The notes under the pieces were generated by a model that was given only the letters and a program-made list of their open reading frames with translations, searched no databases and had not been told where the DNA came from. The position numbers were made by a program, and so were the translations under genes. A stretch of 27,342 nt of DNA from a virus (lineage: Duplodnaviria > Caudoviricetes), in IMG/VR virus record IMGVR_UViG_3300025803_000081, positions 1-27,342 of that record; one strand, given 5' to 3'. Shown here one piece after another: positions 8,528 through 17,588 of the stretch. The first letter of the stretch is position 1; every line of letters starts with the position of its first letter.

Positions 8528-9402
8528 TGGCAATTCTATCAAAAGGAACTGACTTCTCAACTGGCGATCAGGTCACGGCGGCTAAGCTCGATGCGCTCGT
8601 AGATAGTGCTACCTTCGCATCCGGGGCGGTCGATGATGTAAGCACAGCACTCGACGGGTCAAGCCCGCAGAAGATTATCGTAAAGGACGGGGGGATTAGT
8701 ACGGCACGATTGGCTGATGATTCTGCTACGCCAGCAAAGGTTTCATTCGTGGATGATTCTCTTGCGGCTACGGATGGACACATTTTGATAGCCGATGGGT
8801 CGGATTACCATAACAAAGAAGTGTCCGGGGATGTAACAATTTCTAATGCCGGAGTAGTTACGATTGCTAACGATGCAGTTGAGACTGCAATGATTGCTGA
8901 CGATGTTGGATTAGGGGGGAATCCTACTACCACAACACAATCATTCGCAAATGACTCAACAAGAATTGCCACCACCGAGTTCGTACAAAACAATGGAGGA
9001 ATCTCTATTGCATCGACTGGTTCTGGCGAGTTTAGTTATAGTGGTTCAACTCAGGATGTTCCAACAGCAAGTGTATCCGGTGCGCATCTGTCCCTAAGTA
9101 CTTCTACCGCTTCAATCACAGAGGCTGGTACATACTTATTTGAGTTCACTATGATGGCTGGCGATGATAATGCTAGTTTTATTCCTATCGTTACCGCTTT
9201 TGTTGGATCAACGGAAATACCTATTGCTGTGTTTACTAACGAAGCGAATGTAGGGGGCGACAATGAACGACAATTTTTTCAGGGTGCTAATTTAATAACC
9301 GCTTCTGCTAGTGACGTTGTTAAGTTCCGTGCCCAAAGATCAAGCAGCGGGGACGAGTTTAAATACAGTTACGGAATAATAAAATTAACCCGAATGAGTT
9401 AA
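8527..9402 (+). CDS. Tail fibre/needle protein with C-terminal C1q/BclA-like beta domain
   Basis: 291 aa; VTAAKL N-terminus, SGDVTISNAGVVTIANDAV repeat, STRIATTEFVQ fibre motif, ITEAGTYLF. Confidence 0.65.
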   Translation: MAILSKGTDFSTGDQVTAAKLDALVDSATFASGAVDDVSTALDGSSPQKIIVKDGGISTARLADDSATPAKVSFVDDSLAATDGHILIADGSDYHNKEVSGDVTISNAGVVTIANDAVETAMIADDVGLGGNPTTTTQSFANDSTRIATTEFVQNNGGISIASTGSGEFSYSGSTQDVPTASVSGAHLSLSTSTASITEAGTYLFEFTMMAGDDNASFIPIVTAFVGSTEIPIAVFTNEANVGGDNERQFFQGANLITASASDVVKFRAQRSSSGDEFKYSYGIIKLTRMS

Positions 9403-9403
9403 T

Positions 9404-9898
9404 ATGCAGGAGAGTAACCCATTGCTTCAGTCCGTCCTGATTGCCCTGCGAAGCGGCAACCAGCGTGAGGCTGTAGATGGGATCGAAAAGATAGTTGACT
9501 TCTGCATACTGCACGAGAACGGGAAGGTCTTCGACGGCTGGGACCGGGACGTAGTCCGGACAATGGTAGCTTATCACAAGGCCAAGGGCACTATGGTCGC
9601 TACTTATGATGAGGAGAATAGTATTACAGGTGTCTTCATGTGGTATAATTGTGACTACAATGATGACTGGAACTTTGTTCTCCAATGGGAACCCGACAGG
9701 GAGGATTATAATTCAATCTTCCTAGCATTTTTATTTGCTGAAAGCACCCAAGCGTTCAAACAACTTACTTATTTATTTTTACAACAATCAAAGGCACTGA
9801 GTACTGATCACCTGCTGGGAATCCGGCATCGCAACGGAGTGCCTACTCGTGTCGAGTACGACCAAAAACTTTTTAAAAAAATTTTAGAACTGAACTAA
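9404..9898 (+). CDS. Hypothetical protein at the position of podovirus head-assembly/GNAT-like genes
   Basis: 164-aa ORF between tail and ejection genes; function by synteny only. Confidence 0.55.
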   Translation: MQESNPLLQSVLIALRSGNQREAVDGIEKIVDFCILHENGKVFDGWDRDVVRTMVAYHKAKGTMVATYDEENSITGVFMWYNCDYNDDWNFVLQWEPDREDYNSIFLAFLFAESTQAFKQLTYLFLQQSKALSTDHLLGIRHRNGVPTRVEYDQKLFKKILELN

Positions 9899-9907
9899 GG
9901 ATACATT

Positions 9908-10810
9908 ATGGGAGGAGGAAAAGGAAAAGCACCACCAGCACCGCAACCGGTAGATCCCGGCAGGGCAACTGGTGAATACTTGTTCGGCAGTAGTTTCAGG
10001 GACGCTCAGGGAATCACTGACCCACGACTTCAGGAGCGTCTAATAGCATCGGAACGTGAGTTCCGTCCTCAGTACACTGCACTCGAACTGGCTGACATTG
10101 AGACTATGGCATTCGGTGCGGATGGTCAGGCCGGGCTTGTTGATCTATTGGCCCGTCAGGCAGAGCAGGCAGGCGAATTGCAACGTGCAGAACTCCAGAA
10201 GCAACGTGCTGCCGATGTGTCCGCTATCGAGGAGTTCGCACCACAAGTGGTGGAAGCACAGCGTGCTGCTGATCCGTATAGCACACGGCTCGCTGAATTG
10301 GCACAGGAGCAGGCTGAAGGGCTTTTTGCTGAGGCCGGGGGTCCACTATCCCCTGAGCGTCGAAGACTCGCTGAGCAGGCTGCTAGGGCCGGATCTGTGT
10401 CCAGAGGCAGGGGGATGGGACAGGCTGCTATCGCATCCGAAATACTTGGTCGTGAACAGTTCAAGTCCGGGCTTCGTCAGGAGGCTCGTCAGGCCGGGCA
10501 GAGTGCATTCCAACAGCAGCGTGCATTAGCCGGTGACATTGGGTCAACAATACTAGGTCGTCCCTCGTCAGCAATTAATCTCGGTGGTCAGTTACTTGGG
10601 CAGGCCCAGCAGGGGGCTGCTGGCCAAATGGGGCCACAACTCTTTGACCCGAACGTAGGCATTAACCTTGCACTTCAACAGCAACAGAACATGGCTCAGT
10701 ACTCAGGTGCTGTCGCTCAAGCTCAGGCGCAGCGTTCCTCTGGATTAATGGGTGGACTAGGTGCTATTGGTGGCGGCCTAGCAACCGGAGGATTATCTTT
10801 ACTCGGATAG
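9908..10810 (+). CDS. Internal virion / DNA ejection protein
   Basis: 300 aa, MGGGKGKAPPAP start, Q/A-rich helices, Gly-rich hydrophobic C-terminus. Confidence 0.65.
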   Translation: MGGGKGKAPPAPQPVDPGRATGEYLFGSSFRDAQGITDPRLQERLIASEREFRPQYTALELADIETMAFGADGQAGLVDLLARQAEQAGELQRAELQKQRAADVSAIEEFAPQVVEAQRAADPYSTRLAELAQEQAEGLFAEAGGPLSPERRRLAEQAARAGSVSRGRGMGQAAIASEILGREQFKSGLRQEARQAGQSAFQQQRALAGDIGSTILGRPSSAINLGGQLLGQAQQGAAGQMGPQLFDPNVGINLALQQQQNMAQYSGAVAQAQAQRSSGLMGGLGAIGGGLATGGLSLLG

Positions 10811-10814
10811 AATT

Positions 10815-11390
10815 ATGGCACTTCAAGCAGGATCACAGGTACGCCCAGAACTGGGCAGGATTGATTACTCAGGCTTTACTCAAGCCGCTGGCATCGAGGG
10901 TCAGGCACTGGCCAACCTCGGTGCTATGGTCGGTGGTGCTATAGTAGAGGGGGCTAAGAAGAAAAAAGAAAACGAGAAACTAAAACTAGCCACCTCTTCT
11001 GTTACAAACGTCCTTCAAGACAACCCATACGCCCGAATGGTGTTCGGTATTCCGGAGGGAACTGAAGTTACTGAGGATATCGTTAAGCCAATCGTGAAGG
11101 CATTCGGGACTGAGGAGTCACTTGGTTTGACTACTAAGTTGAACTTGGCTCTGGTTGAGTCAATGATTGATGATGACGATAAGGTTAAACCAAGCACCGT
11201 ACTGAAGGCAGATGAGCTACTCGATCTACAAGGATTCAAGGTAACAGGATCAGGGCAGATCAAGGAGAAGGGCTTTGGCGGTAAAGTACTACAGGAGACT
11301 GATCCCAGATTTAGCAGACTAATGGAAGTAGAGGGCATGGACGAGTTAGCCTTCGGATATGATGCACTTGAATTTTTAGGAACTGAGTAG
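10815..11390 (+). CDS. Internal virion / ejection protein
   Basis: 191 aa, GQALANLGAMVGGAI followed by coiled segment; synteny. Confidence 0.55.
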   Translation: MALQAGSQVRPELGRIDYSGFTQAAGIEGQALANLGAMVGGAIVEGAKKKKENEKLKLATSSVTNVLQDNPYARMVFGIPEGTEVTEDIVKPIVKAFGTEESLGLTTKLNLALVESMIDDDDKVKPSTVLKADELLDLQGFKVTGSGQIKEKGFGGKVLQETDPRFSRLMEVEGMDELAFGYDALEFLGTE

Positions 11391-11394
11391 AACT

Positions 11395-14300
11395 ATGGCG
11401 ACTTCCCGATTTCGTGATCCATCGACGGGCAAGGTAATTAGTTTTGAACACGCTGAGGGACTCAGTGGTTCCGAGTTACGAAACCTAGCCCAAAGCAAAT
11501 ACATCGACGCACTCAACGAGGACGATAGTTTCGTTGTTGACGTAATGAAGGGCCTCGGCTCTGGAGGCGTTAAGGCTATCATTGACGCTGGTGCTGGTAT
11601 TCAATCCGCTGGGGCACAGGCCCTGAGTAGCATGGGTGCGGAGAACGCTTTTGTTGATTCCCTGCTGGATAACGCCGAGTACTTACGTGGAATCTCCGAG
11701 GGGGTCGATGAAGCCATAGGACTGGATCAGGACTTCGCTAGTTCACTCGGTGGACAGATTGCACAGGGGTTCGGCCAGATGCCGGTACAGATTGCTGCGA
11801 CATTAACGGGTACTGTTGCTGGTGGATTAGTCGGTGGACCCGTTGGTGCTGTTGCTGGTGCTTTAGCTGCTGGTGGCGGTTTTAGCGCAGGCCAGATGCA
11901 GACAGAGGCAGTGCGTGACGCTGAGAATACACTGCGTAAAAAGTATCGTGATTTTTCGGAGGAGGAAAAGAAGCAGACGGCAGCATCGTCATTATCCTAT
12001 ATGGCTATCGGTGGTGCTTTGGAGTACTTCGCTCTATCTAAAGTTGTACCCGCACCACTGCGCAAGAAGGTTCGTAACTTTGTGGCCGGGAAGGGTGAGT
12101 TACCTTCCGGTGAGATCAAGCAGATTGCTAAGTCCTTGAAGCGTGAGGCTGCTGAGGGTGCATTGTTCGAGGGCATGACTGAGGCGGCTCAGGGACAGGT
12201 CCTCGATGCTTTGGCTAACGCCACGTATGACGATGATCGTGAACTGATCTCGATGGAAGTACTCGGTCAAAGATTCAACGAGTTCACTGTAGGGGCTGTT
12301 GTTGGTGGTGGTACTACTGCTGCTATCAGAACCGGAAGTAACATCGTTGGTGGTCAGCCACTCGGACAACCAAAGGAGACACCTCCACAAGACGAAGGTT
12401 CAGTGGCGGGGAAGAAACCGTTTGCTGTGCGCTATGAGCGCACAACCAAGGACGGTGGAACATCCGAGGTTAATGAGATCATTTACGCTGACAGCTTGGA
12501 GGACGCACAGGCACAGGCCAATGAGTTACTGTCCAAGGACAATGCTGTACTGAATCAGACCCTCACGGTTACTAGCGCACCTACCCCGATGGATGCTGCG
12601 CCTACTCCAGAACCGGAGGTTGCGCCAGAGCCAGAGGTTACGCCGGAGCCAGAAGATAAAATAAGATTCCACGGTAATAAGTCCGACAAGGAATTAGATA
12701 AAATAATTAATGGCACAGCTATTGAGGACACTGAAGAAAAAATAAGGCGGCTGAGAAAGGTAATCGAAGAAACAGATGCAGACGACTCTTGGCTTCCTAA
12801 TGCTCGGGAAAAAACGATAAAAGAGTTGGAGGTTGAACTTCCACTGCAGCTTGAAAGAGCAAAACGAGCTAGAGAAAGAGCAATCAAAGAGAAGCAAGGC
12901 AGAGTAGATGGCTCATTGAATCAGATGACGGATGATGAATTTGTTAATCAAGTTCCCGAAAAGGAAGCACCTGCACCTACTCCTGAACCTACACCTGAAC
13001 CTACACCTACACCTACAGCAGAACCAGTCACTGAGTTCGAGTTCACAAAGAGCGAAGGTAAGCCTGACCCTAAATATATTGGCGGTGCTGTAGTTGAATA
13101 CGCAAATGATTTTAGTCGTGCTGTTCGTATCAGCCCGAAGTCAAAAGTATTCAAGAGCGTAAGAGCTAGATTGAAGAAGCAGTACAACTTGACTGACAGT
13201 CAACTGGACGATCTCCGGAAGAAGGCTAATCAGAAGTTACGGGAACAGAATAGAGCGGGACGGCCACTGTCCCTTGATATGACTACGGAACTTCCGTCAC
13301 CTGCTCCTGCACCTGCGCCTACTCCGACTAAGCAGCCAGTTATACTTACTCAGGAGGACTTCGAGGATCCTCCGACTGAGCAGCCAGTTATACTTACTCA
13401 GGAGGACTTCGAGGATCCTCCGACTGTAGGTGCTGCTACCGAGGATGAACCTGTTGATTCAAAGACAGGGGAAGAGGCATCCGATGGGAAAATCACCACC
13501 CTGAGTAAGAATGCTGTGGAAGCTGTTGTCGGTGCGCCTCAGATCAAGACGACCCGTCCTCAACCATTATCAGATGTAACACCAGCCGACATAATCGACA
13601 TTGAAGCCCTCGTTGAAGACATTGTCGAAAACGATATTCCCGTTTGGTTCTGGTATGCGGATCAGCTTGGTCGTGGTGACTTCACACTCCCTAATACTGG
13701 CGAGACAATACAGATGGACGCTGGTCCTAGTTTTGCGTTAAAGCCCGCCAACAGAGCAGATAAGAAAATATGGGCTACAGGGAAGAGTGCAAAGGAGATC
13801 AATAAAAAGATTGCATTGCTGAAGTACATCGACAAGGACGGAAACGAGCAGACTGGATATATATTTATTGTATCAGGTGCGCCGAAGTCCATGCACCTCT
13901 TTAATGTAAATGTAGTTCGTGCGTTTTTACGAAACGCTTTTGGTGACAAGTCATTCTCCGAAGTAAAGGAGAAGATGCTTGGACTGAAACCTACAAAAGA
14001 CATACGTCAAGTCCTTGAGGATTACGATAGCTTTGATGCTATATTGGAATCACCTGATCGAAAGAAATTCGTAGATGGTCTTATAGCTCAAGGAGCTAAA
14101 AAGAAAACACCACTCAAGGAATATCTAGAAAGCGTTGGATTCTTTAACATTGATCCTAGTGATTTGATTGATGGTTTCTTCCGAGCAAATGAATTTAAAA
14201 TCAATGATGTGTTGTTGGTTCTAAAACCAAGCTACGCTGTTGATGGGCAGAACGATCATTCTACATACAGCAATACCGTGTATGGCGATGTCGAAGGTGT

Positions 14301-17232
14301 GCCGGATAAGAATGTTGATGCTTATCTCTTGATGCCGGAATCAGTCAGGAAGGAGAAACCGATTACCCTTGAGCCAGCTAAAGCAGCTCAGGTTATTTCT
14401 CCATACGGAATACACGGTGTCAGAAAGATCCAGAAACTTGACCCTACTCAAGAAGCCGAACGTAAAGCAAGTGTAGGTGCTGCACAGCAACCAACTCCCG
14501 GACAGAACGCACAGCTAGGTGACGCAGTTACCAGTGCAGAGACACTGGCCGAGAAGATTGGTGCAAAGGTACAGGCACGGAACGATATATCCCGTGACGC
14601 TCAGTACAACTACGAGACTAGAACCATTGAGTACAACCCCGAGCTACTCGCTCGTCGTGGTCCAGAGGGAGCCAAGGCAGCTATGCGTGAGGAAATTATC
14701 CACGCAAGTATGCACAAGGTCCTGATGGATCGTGCCAAGGGTAAGACACCACGCAAGGCATTCGAGGACTTCTTTAACTCAGTAGGCAAGTCAATGACTC
14801 CTGAGCAGAGGTCAATGATGCAGGAGGTCTACGGTTCGGAACTGGATGATCTCGGTAATGGTGCGGAGTACACAAGGTTCCTCGTGCAGAGCGCACTCGA
14901 TGGCCGTACGACTGAGGAGACGATGACTACTGGACCTGCATTCTCGAAGGTACAGGCACTAATCAAATCAGTACAGAACTATGCGGCACGAGTATTCGGC
15001 AAGGATCTAGAGCAGAACCGTGAGGCTGCATTCGTCATTGCTGATACTATCAAGTTGCTCCGCTCATTCAATCCGGAGGCTCGTCCCGCTAACCAGAAGA
15101 TTGTGTCCGATGCCTTGGCAATGGCATCCGGCCTTGATGGTCTTTCATCCGAAAACATATCGGACCCATTTATCGGTACGTTTGAAGAAAGAACCAAGAA
15201 AGAAAAGAAGGCTAGGAGGAAACGTGCTTTACGTAAATTCCTACAGCCAGCGAGTGACTTCTTTGCAAGCGTTCATCCTGAGATTGCTGCACTCATCAGT
15301 AGGTATATGACTGGTATGGAGGCAGCGCAGTTCCGTGCTGCTGCTATGGTGCAGGACTTCCAGAAGGGGGTCGCTGGAATCCGTAACAAAGGGGACGGGG
15401 ATAAACTTGCTAGACTTCTTTCGTACTCTCCGGACCCTGAATCAATCACCGAGGGTGAGCATCAGGATAACATTCGTCAACGTGACGAACTCCTATTGAA
15501 GTACGATCTGTACAACAAGTATAAACTACAAGTCCGTCCACTGCTTGATCAAGTCTACAGCGAGGCTACTGATGCTGGGCTGGATGTGAACTACTTACAG
15601 GAGTACTTCCCACGTAAGATCAAGGACTTCGTTGGCCTAATGAATCTATACGGCAAGGATGTTAACGAGGACTTCTTGGACTACATAGAGCAAGAGAATC
15701 AGAGACGAACTGAAAGCGGAGAGAAGTTACTCATACCATCGGACTATCCGACTGAGTTCGACAATTACCTGAACCAGAAAAAGTTCGTACAACCATCTCG
15801 GATTCCGGCTAACTTGAAGGAGCGTCGGACAAACATGATCTCCAAGGAGGCTCAACCATTCTACTACGAGCCAGAGGTTGCGTTGAGTGCTTACCTGAAT
15901 AACATCATAGTTGCGATTGAGACTCAGAAGCTACTTGGTAATGCAATCAGCACCAAGAAAAAGCCAGTTGTAATTGATGGTGAAACTGTAAAGGCATTGA
16001 ATTTAAATGACCCGACTGGTTCCTTGAATCAGTTAGTCGGTCGCTTGATTGCTGAGGGCAAGATCAACAAGGAACAGATGCAGAACCTTGAGTACGGACT
16101 CGTGCAGTTCTTCAATCCACAGGGTGCATCCGAGGCTAACATCTTTGAACTAGGACGTACATTTAGTTACGGAACTCTTCTTGTTGAGCCAACTTCCACG
16201 CTGTCACAGATGTACGATATGGCGTTCACTATGCTGGACAATGGAATACTGCCATCAATCGGGGCCTTGGTTGGCAGGAAGGGCATAAAGATGCGTGATC
16301 TCGGCCTTGACCCTGACCGACTATCTGCTGAGTACCCAGCAGGGGAGTCCGGTAAGAGGAAGTTCTTTAATGATCTAGTACGCAGGGGGCTTACACTCAC
16401 AGGGTTCCGACGTATGGACCAGTTGATGAAGGAGACTAACTTGACTGCGAACTATCGCAGGTTCCAGAAGTTAGCCAAGCTCGCACCGAACAGTAAGCAG
16501 CACCAGAAGTTCCGCAAGGAGGTTGAGTTCATGGTCGGGCCGGACGTTGACAACGTAATCAATGATCTAAAGCTAAACAAGCCGGACTCACCATTTGTAC
16601 GTGAGTTACTAGTCCGTAAGCTACTGGAGACTCAACCACTCAATCGCTTCGAGATGCCGTTATCGGTTAGCTCAAATCCAAATACTCGGATGCTGTACAC
16701 GATGAAGTCATTTGTGGTTAAGCAGATGAATCTCATTACACGCAGATACATTAGCGTTATGTTTAATTCCAGTCTTCCGTTGTCGCAAAGAGCAACTGCC
16801 GCAAAGGATCTCATTAAGCTGCTGTTCTTGTTTATGTTGGTCGGTATGCCGATTGACTTCCTGAAGGACCTCATTGCTGGTCGTGATGTTTACCCAAGTG
16901 ACTACGCAACGAATTCACTGCTACGGGTTGCTGGTATATCGAAGTACACACTGTACGAAGCTCAACGAGAAGGTATTGGTGGTGCGATCAAGAACTACAT
17001 GACTCCAGTAGGAATAGACCAGACATTCAATATGGCGACTGACATCGGCAATATACTGATGGACCCATCCTCGATACCGGACGCTAAGGCTGTAAGCTAC
17101 CTGCCATTCTCTGACCTCTGGTACTATAGATACGGTCCCGGTATAGAGAAACAGCAACGTCAGCGCACACGTAAGCGCAAGGAAGGTGTACGTCCCGGGG
17201 TATCCGAGTTCATAGAGTCCTTGGGGCTATAA
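11395..17232 (+). CDS. Giant internal virion / ejection protein, modular (polyvalent-protein-like)
   Basis: 1945 aa; N-terminal Gly/Ala hydrophobic helices and EGMTEAAQ motif, Pro-rich linkers, inserted domains, YFPR motif and C-terminal hydrophobic helix; last gene of late module. Confidence 0.75.
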   Translation: MATSRFRDPSTGKVISFEHAEGLSGSELRNLAQSKYIDALNEDDSFVVDVMKGLGSGGVKAIIDAGAGIQSAGAQALSSMGAENAFVDSLLDNAEYLRGISEGVDEAIGLDQDFASSLGGQIAQGFGQMPVQIAATLTGTVAGGLVGGPVGAVAGALAAGGGFSAGQMQTEAVRDAENTLRKKYRDFSEEEKKQTAASSLSYMAIGGALEYFALSKVVPAPLRKKVRNFVAGKGELPSGEIKQIAKSLKREAAEGALFEGMTEAAQGQVLDALANATYDDDRELISMEVLGQRFNEFTVGAVVGGGTTAAIRTGSNIVGGQPLGQPKETPPQDEGSVAGKKPFAVRYERTTKDGGTSEVNEIIYADSLEDAQAQANELLSKDNAVLNQTLTVTSAPTPMDAAPTPEPEVAPEPEVTPEPEDKIRFHGNKSDKELDKIINGTAIEDTEEKIRRLRKVIEETDADDSWLPNAREKTIKELEVELPLQLERAKRARERAIKEKQGRVDGSLNQMTDDEFVNQVPEKEAPAPTPEPTPEPTPTPTAEPVTEFEFTKSEGKPDPKYIGGAVVEYANDFSRAVRISPKSKVFKSVRARLKKQYNLTDSQLDDLRKKANQKLREQNRAGRPLSLDMTTELPSPAPAPAPTPTKQPVILTQEDFEDPPTEQPVILTQEDFEDPPTVGAATEDEPVDSKTGEEASDGKITTLSKNAVEAVVGAPQIKTTRPQPLSDVTPADIIDIEALVEDIVENDIPVWFWYADQLGRGDFTLPNTGETIQMDAGPSFALKPANRADKKIWATGKSAKEINKKIALLKYIDKDGNEQTGYIFIVSGAPKSMHLFNVNVVRAFLRNAFGDKSFSEVKEKMLGLKPTKDIRQVLEDYDSFDAILESPDRKKFVDGLIAQGAKKKTPLKEYLESVGFFNIDPSDLIDGFFRANEFKINDVLLVLKPSYAVDGQNDHSTYSNTVYGDVEGVPDKNVDAYLLMPESVRKEKPITLEPAKAAQVISPYGIHGVRKIQKLDPTQEAERKASVGAAQQPTPGQNAQLGDAVTSAETLAEKIGAKVQARNDISRDAQYNYETRTIEYNPELLARRGPEGAKAAMREEIIHASMHKVLMDRAKGKTPRKAFEDFFNSVGKSMTPEQRSMMQEVYGSELDDLGNGAEYTRFLVQSALDGRTTEETMTTGPAFSKVQALIKSVQNYAARVFGKDLEQNREAAFVIADTIKLLRSFNPEARPANQKIVSDALAMASGLDGLSSENISDPFIGTFEERTKKEKKARRKRALRKFLQPASDFFASVHPEIAALISRYMTGMEAAQFRAAAMVQDFQKGVAGIRNKGDGDKLARLLSYSPDPESITEGEHQDNIRQRDELLLKYDLYNKYKLQVRPLLDQVYSEATDAGLDVNYLQEYFPRKIKDFVGLMNLYGKDVNEDFLDYIEQENQRRTESGEKLLIPSDYPTEFDNYLNQKKFVQPSRIPANLKERRTNMISKEAQPFYYEPEVALSAYLNNIIVAIETQKLLGNAISTKKKPVVIDGETVKALNLNDPTGSLNQLVGRLIAEGKINKEQMQNLEYGLVQFFNPQGASEANIFELGRTFSYGTLLVEPTSTLSQMYDMAFTMLDNGILPSIGALVGRKGIKMRDLGLDPDRLSAEYPAGESGKRKFFNDLVRRGLTLTGFRRMDQLMKETNLTANYRRFQKLAKLAPNSKQHQKFRKEVEFMVGPDVDNVINDLKLNKPDSPFVRELLVRKLLETQPLNRFEMPLSVSSNPNTRMLYTMKSFVVKQMNLITRRYISVMFNSSLPLSQRATAAKDLIKLLFLFMLVGMPIDFLKDLIAGRDVYPSDYATNSLLRVAGISKYTLYEAQREGIGGAIKNYMTPVGIDQTFNMATDIGNILMDPSSIPDAKAVSYLPFSDLWYYRYGPGIEKQQRQRTRKRKEGVRPGVSEFIESLGL
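13333..13425 (+). repeat. Perfect 45-bp duplication with 48-bp period (QPVILTQEDFEDPPT x2)
   Basis: 13333-13377 identical to 13381-13425. Confidence 0.95.
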
Positions 17233-17269
17233 AAAAACCCCACCCCCCCGCTACGCAGAGAGATGGGGT
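17231..17269 (-). terminator. Intrinsic terminator of the leftward transcript
   Basis: Minus strand ACCCCATCTCTCTGC-GTA-GCGGGGGGGTGGGGT-TTTTTT: 15-bp stem with four G.U pairs that work only on this strand. Confidence 0.85.
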
Positions 17270-17319
17270 CACCACCAATCGAGGCCCACAACGGGAACAC
17301 ACACCCGGCCTCGGAAATA

Positions 17320-17478
17320 TTATACAGTATACGTACTCAGTAGTTCTTTGAGTCTACGCTTTTCGTCCTGTAGTTCCTTTCTTTGCTCGGTCATACGCTC
17401 GATGCGGTACGATAGGATACGGGACTCATTGCGGATCATTTCGATCTGAGTCTGTATGCGTTCTAGGTTTTCATTCAT
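17320..17478 (-). CDS. Small coiled-coil protein (MNENLERIQTQIEMIRNESRILSYRIERMTEQRKELQDEKRRLKELLSTYTV)
   Basis: 52-aa ORF not in track; heptad pattern; own promoter upstream and terminator downstream. Confidence 0.75.
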   Translation of the reverse strand: MNENLERIQTQIEMIRNESRILSYRIERMTEQRKELQDEKRRLKELLSTYTV

Positions 17479-17484
17479 AAATGC

Positions 17485-17513
17485 AAGCTAGGTATTTGTG
17501 TTTAATTTGTCAA
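17485..17513 (-). promoter_or_regulatory. Sigma70-type promoter TTGACA-N17-TAGCTT, 6 nt upstream of ATG 17478
   Basis: Perfect -35, 17-bp spacer, -10 with conserved T,A,T positions. Confidence 0.7.
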
Positions 17514-17522
17514 GTTAGAGGT

Positions 17523-17588
17523 TGGTGGAGGTGGCTGGAGTCGAACCAGCGTCCTTAACCGAGGTTAAGTCGAAATCCCTGCACCCCC
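17523..17588 (-). ncRNA. ssrA: Minimal tmRNA-like RNA: tRNA-like domain only, no tag reading frame
   Basis: GGGGGTG-CAGGGATTTCGA-CTTAAC(CTCG)GTTAAG-GAC-GCTGG(TTCGACT)CCAGC-CACCTCC-ACCA: acceptor stem with G3.U70, A73 and CCA, stemless tmRNA-type D-loop, 3-nt GAC linker, T-arm. Confidence 0.85.

Noticed and set aside
10056-17157. Numerous antisense and alternate-frame ORFs within the long structural genes
   Set aside because: Fully nested in well-supported genes, no recognisable motifs or start context
17523-17588. Ordinary tRNA-Ala, or an attP copy of the host ssrA 3' end
   Set aside because: No D-stem or 7-nt anticodon loop, and D-loop/linker are tmRNA-type; an attP would normally carry only one end of the gene, whereas both ends are present and pair; no integrase in the window (cannot exclude one elsewhere)
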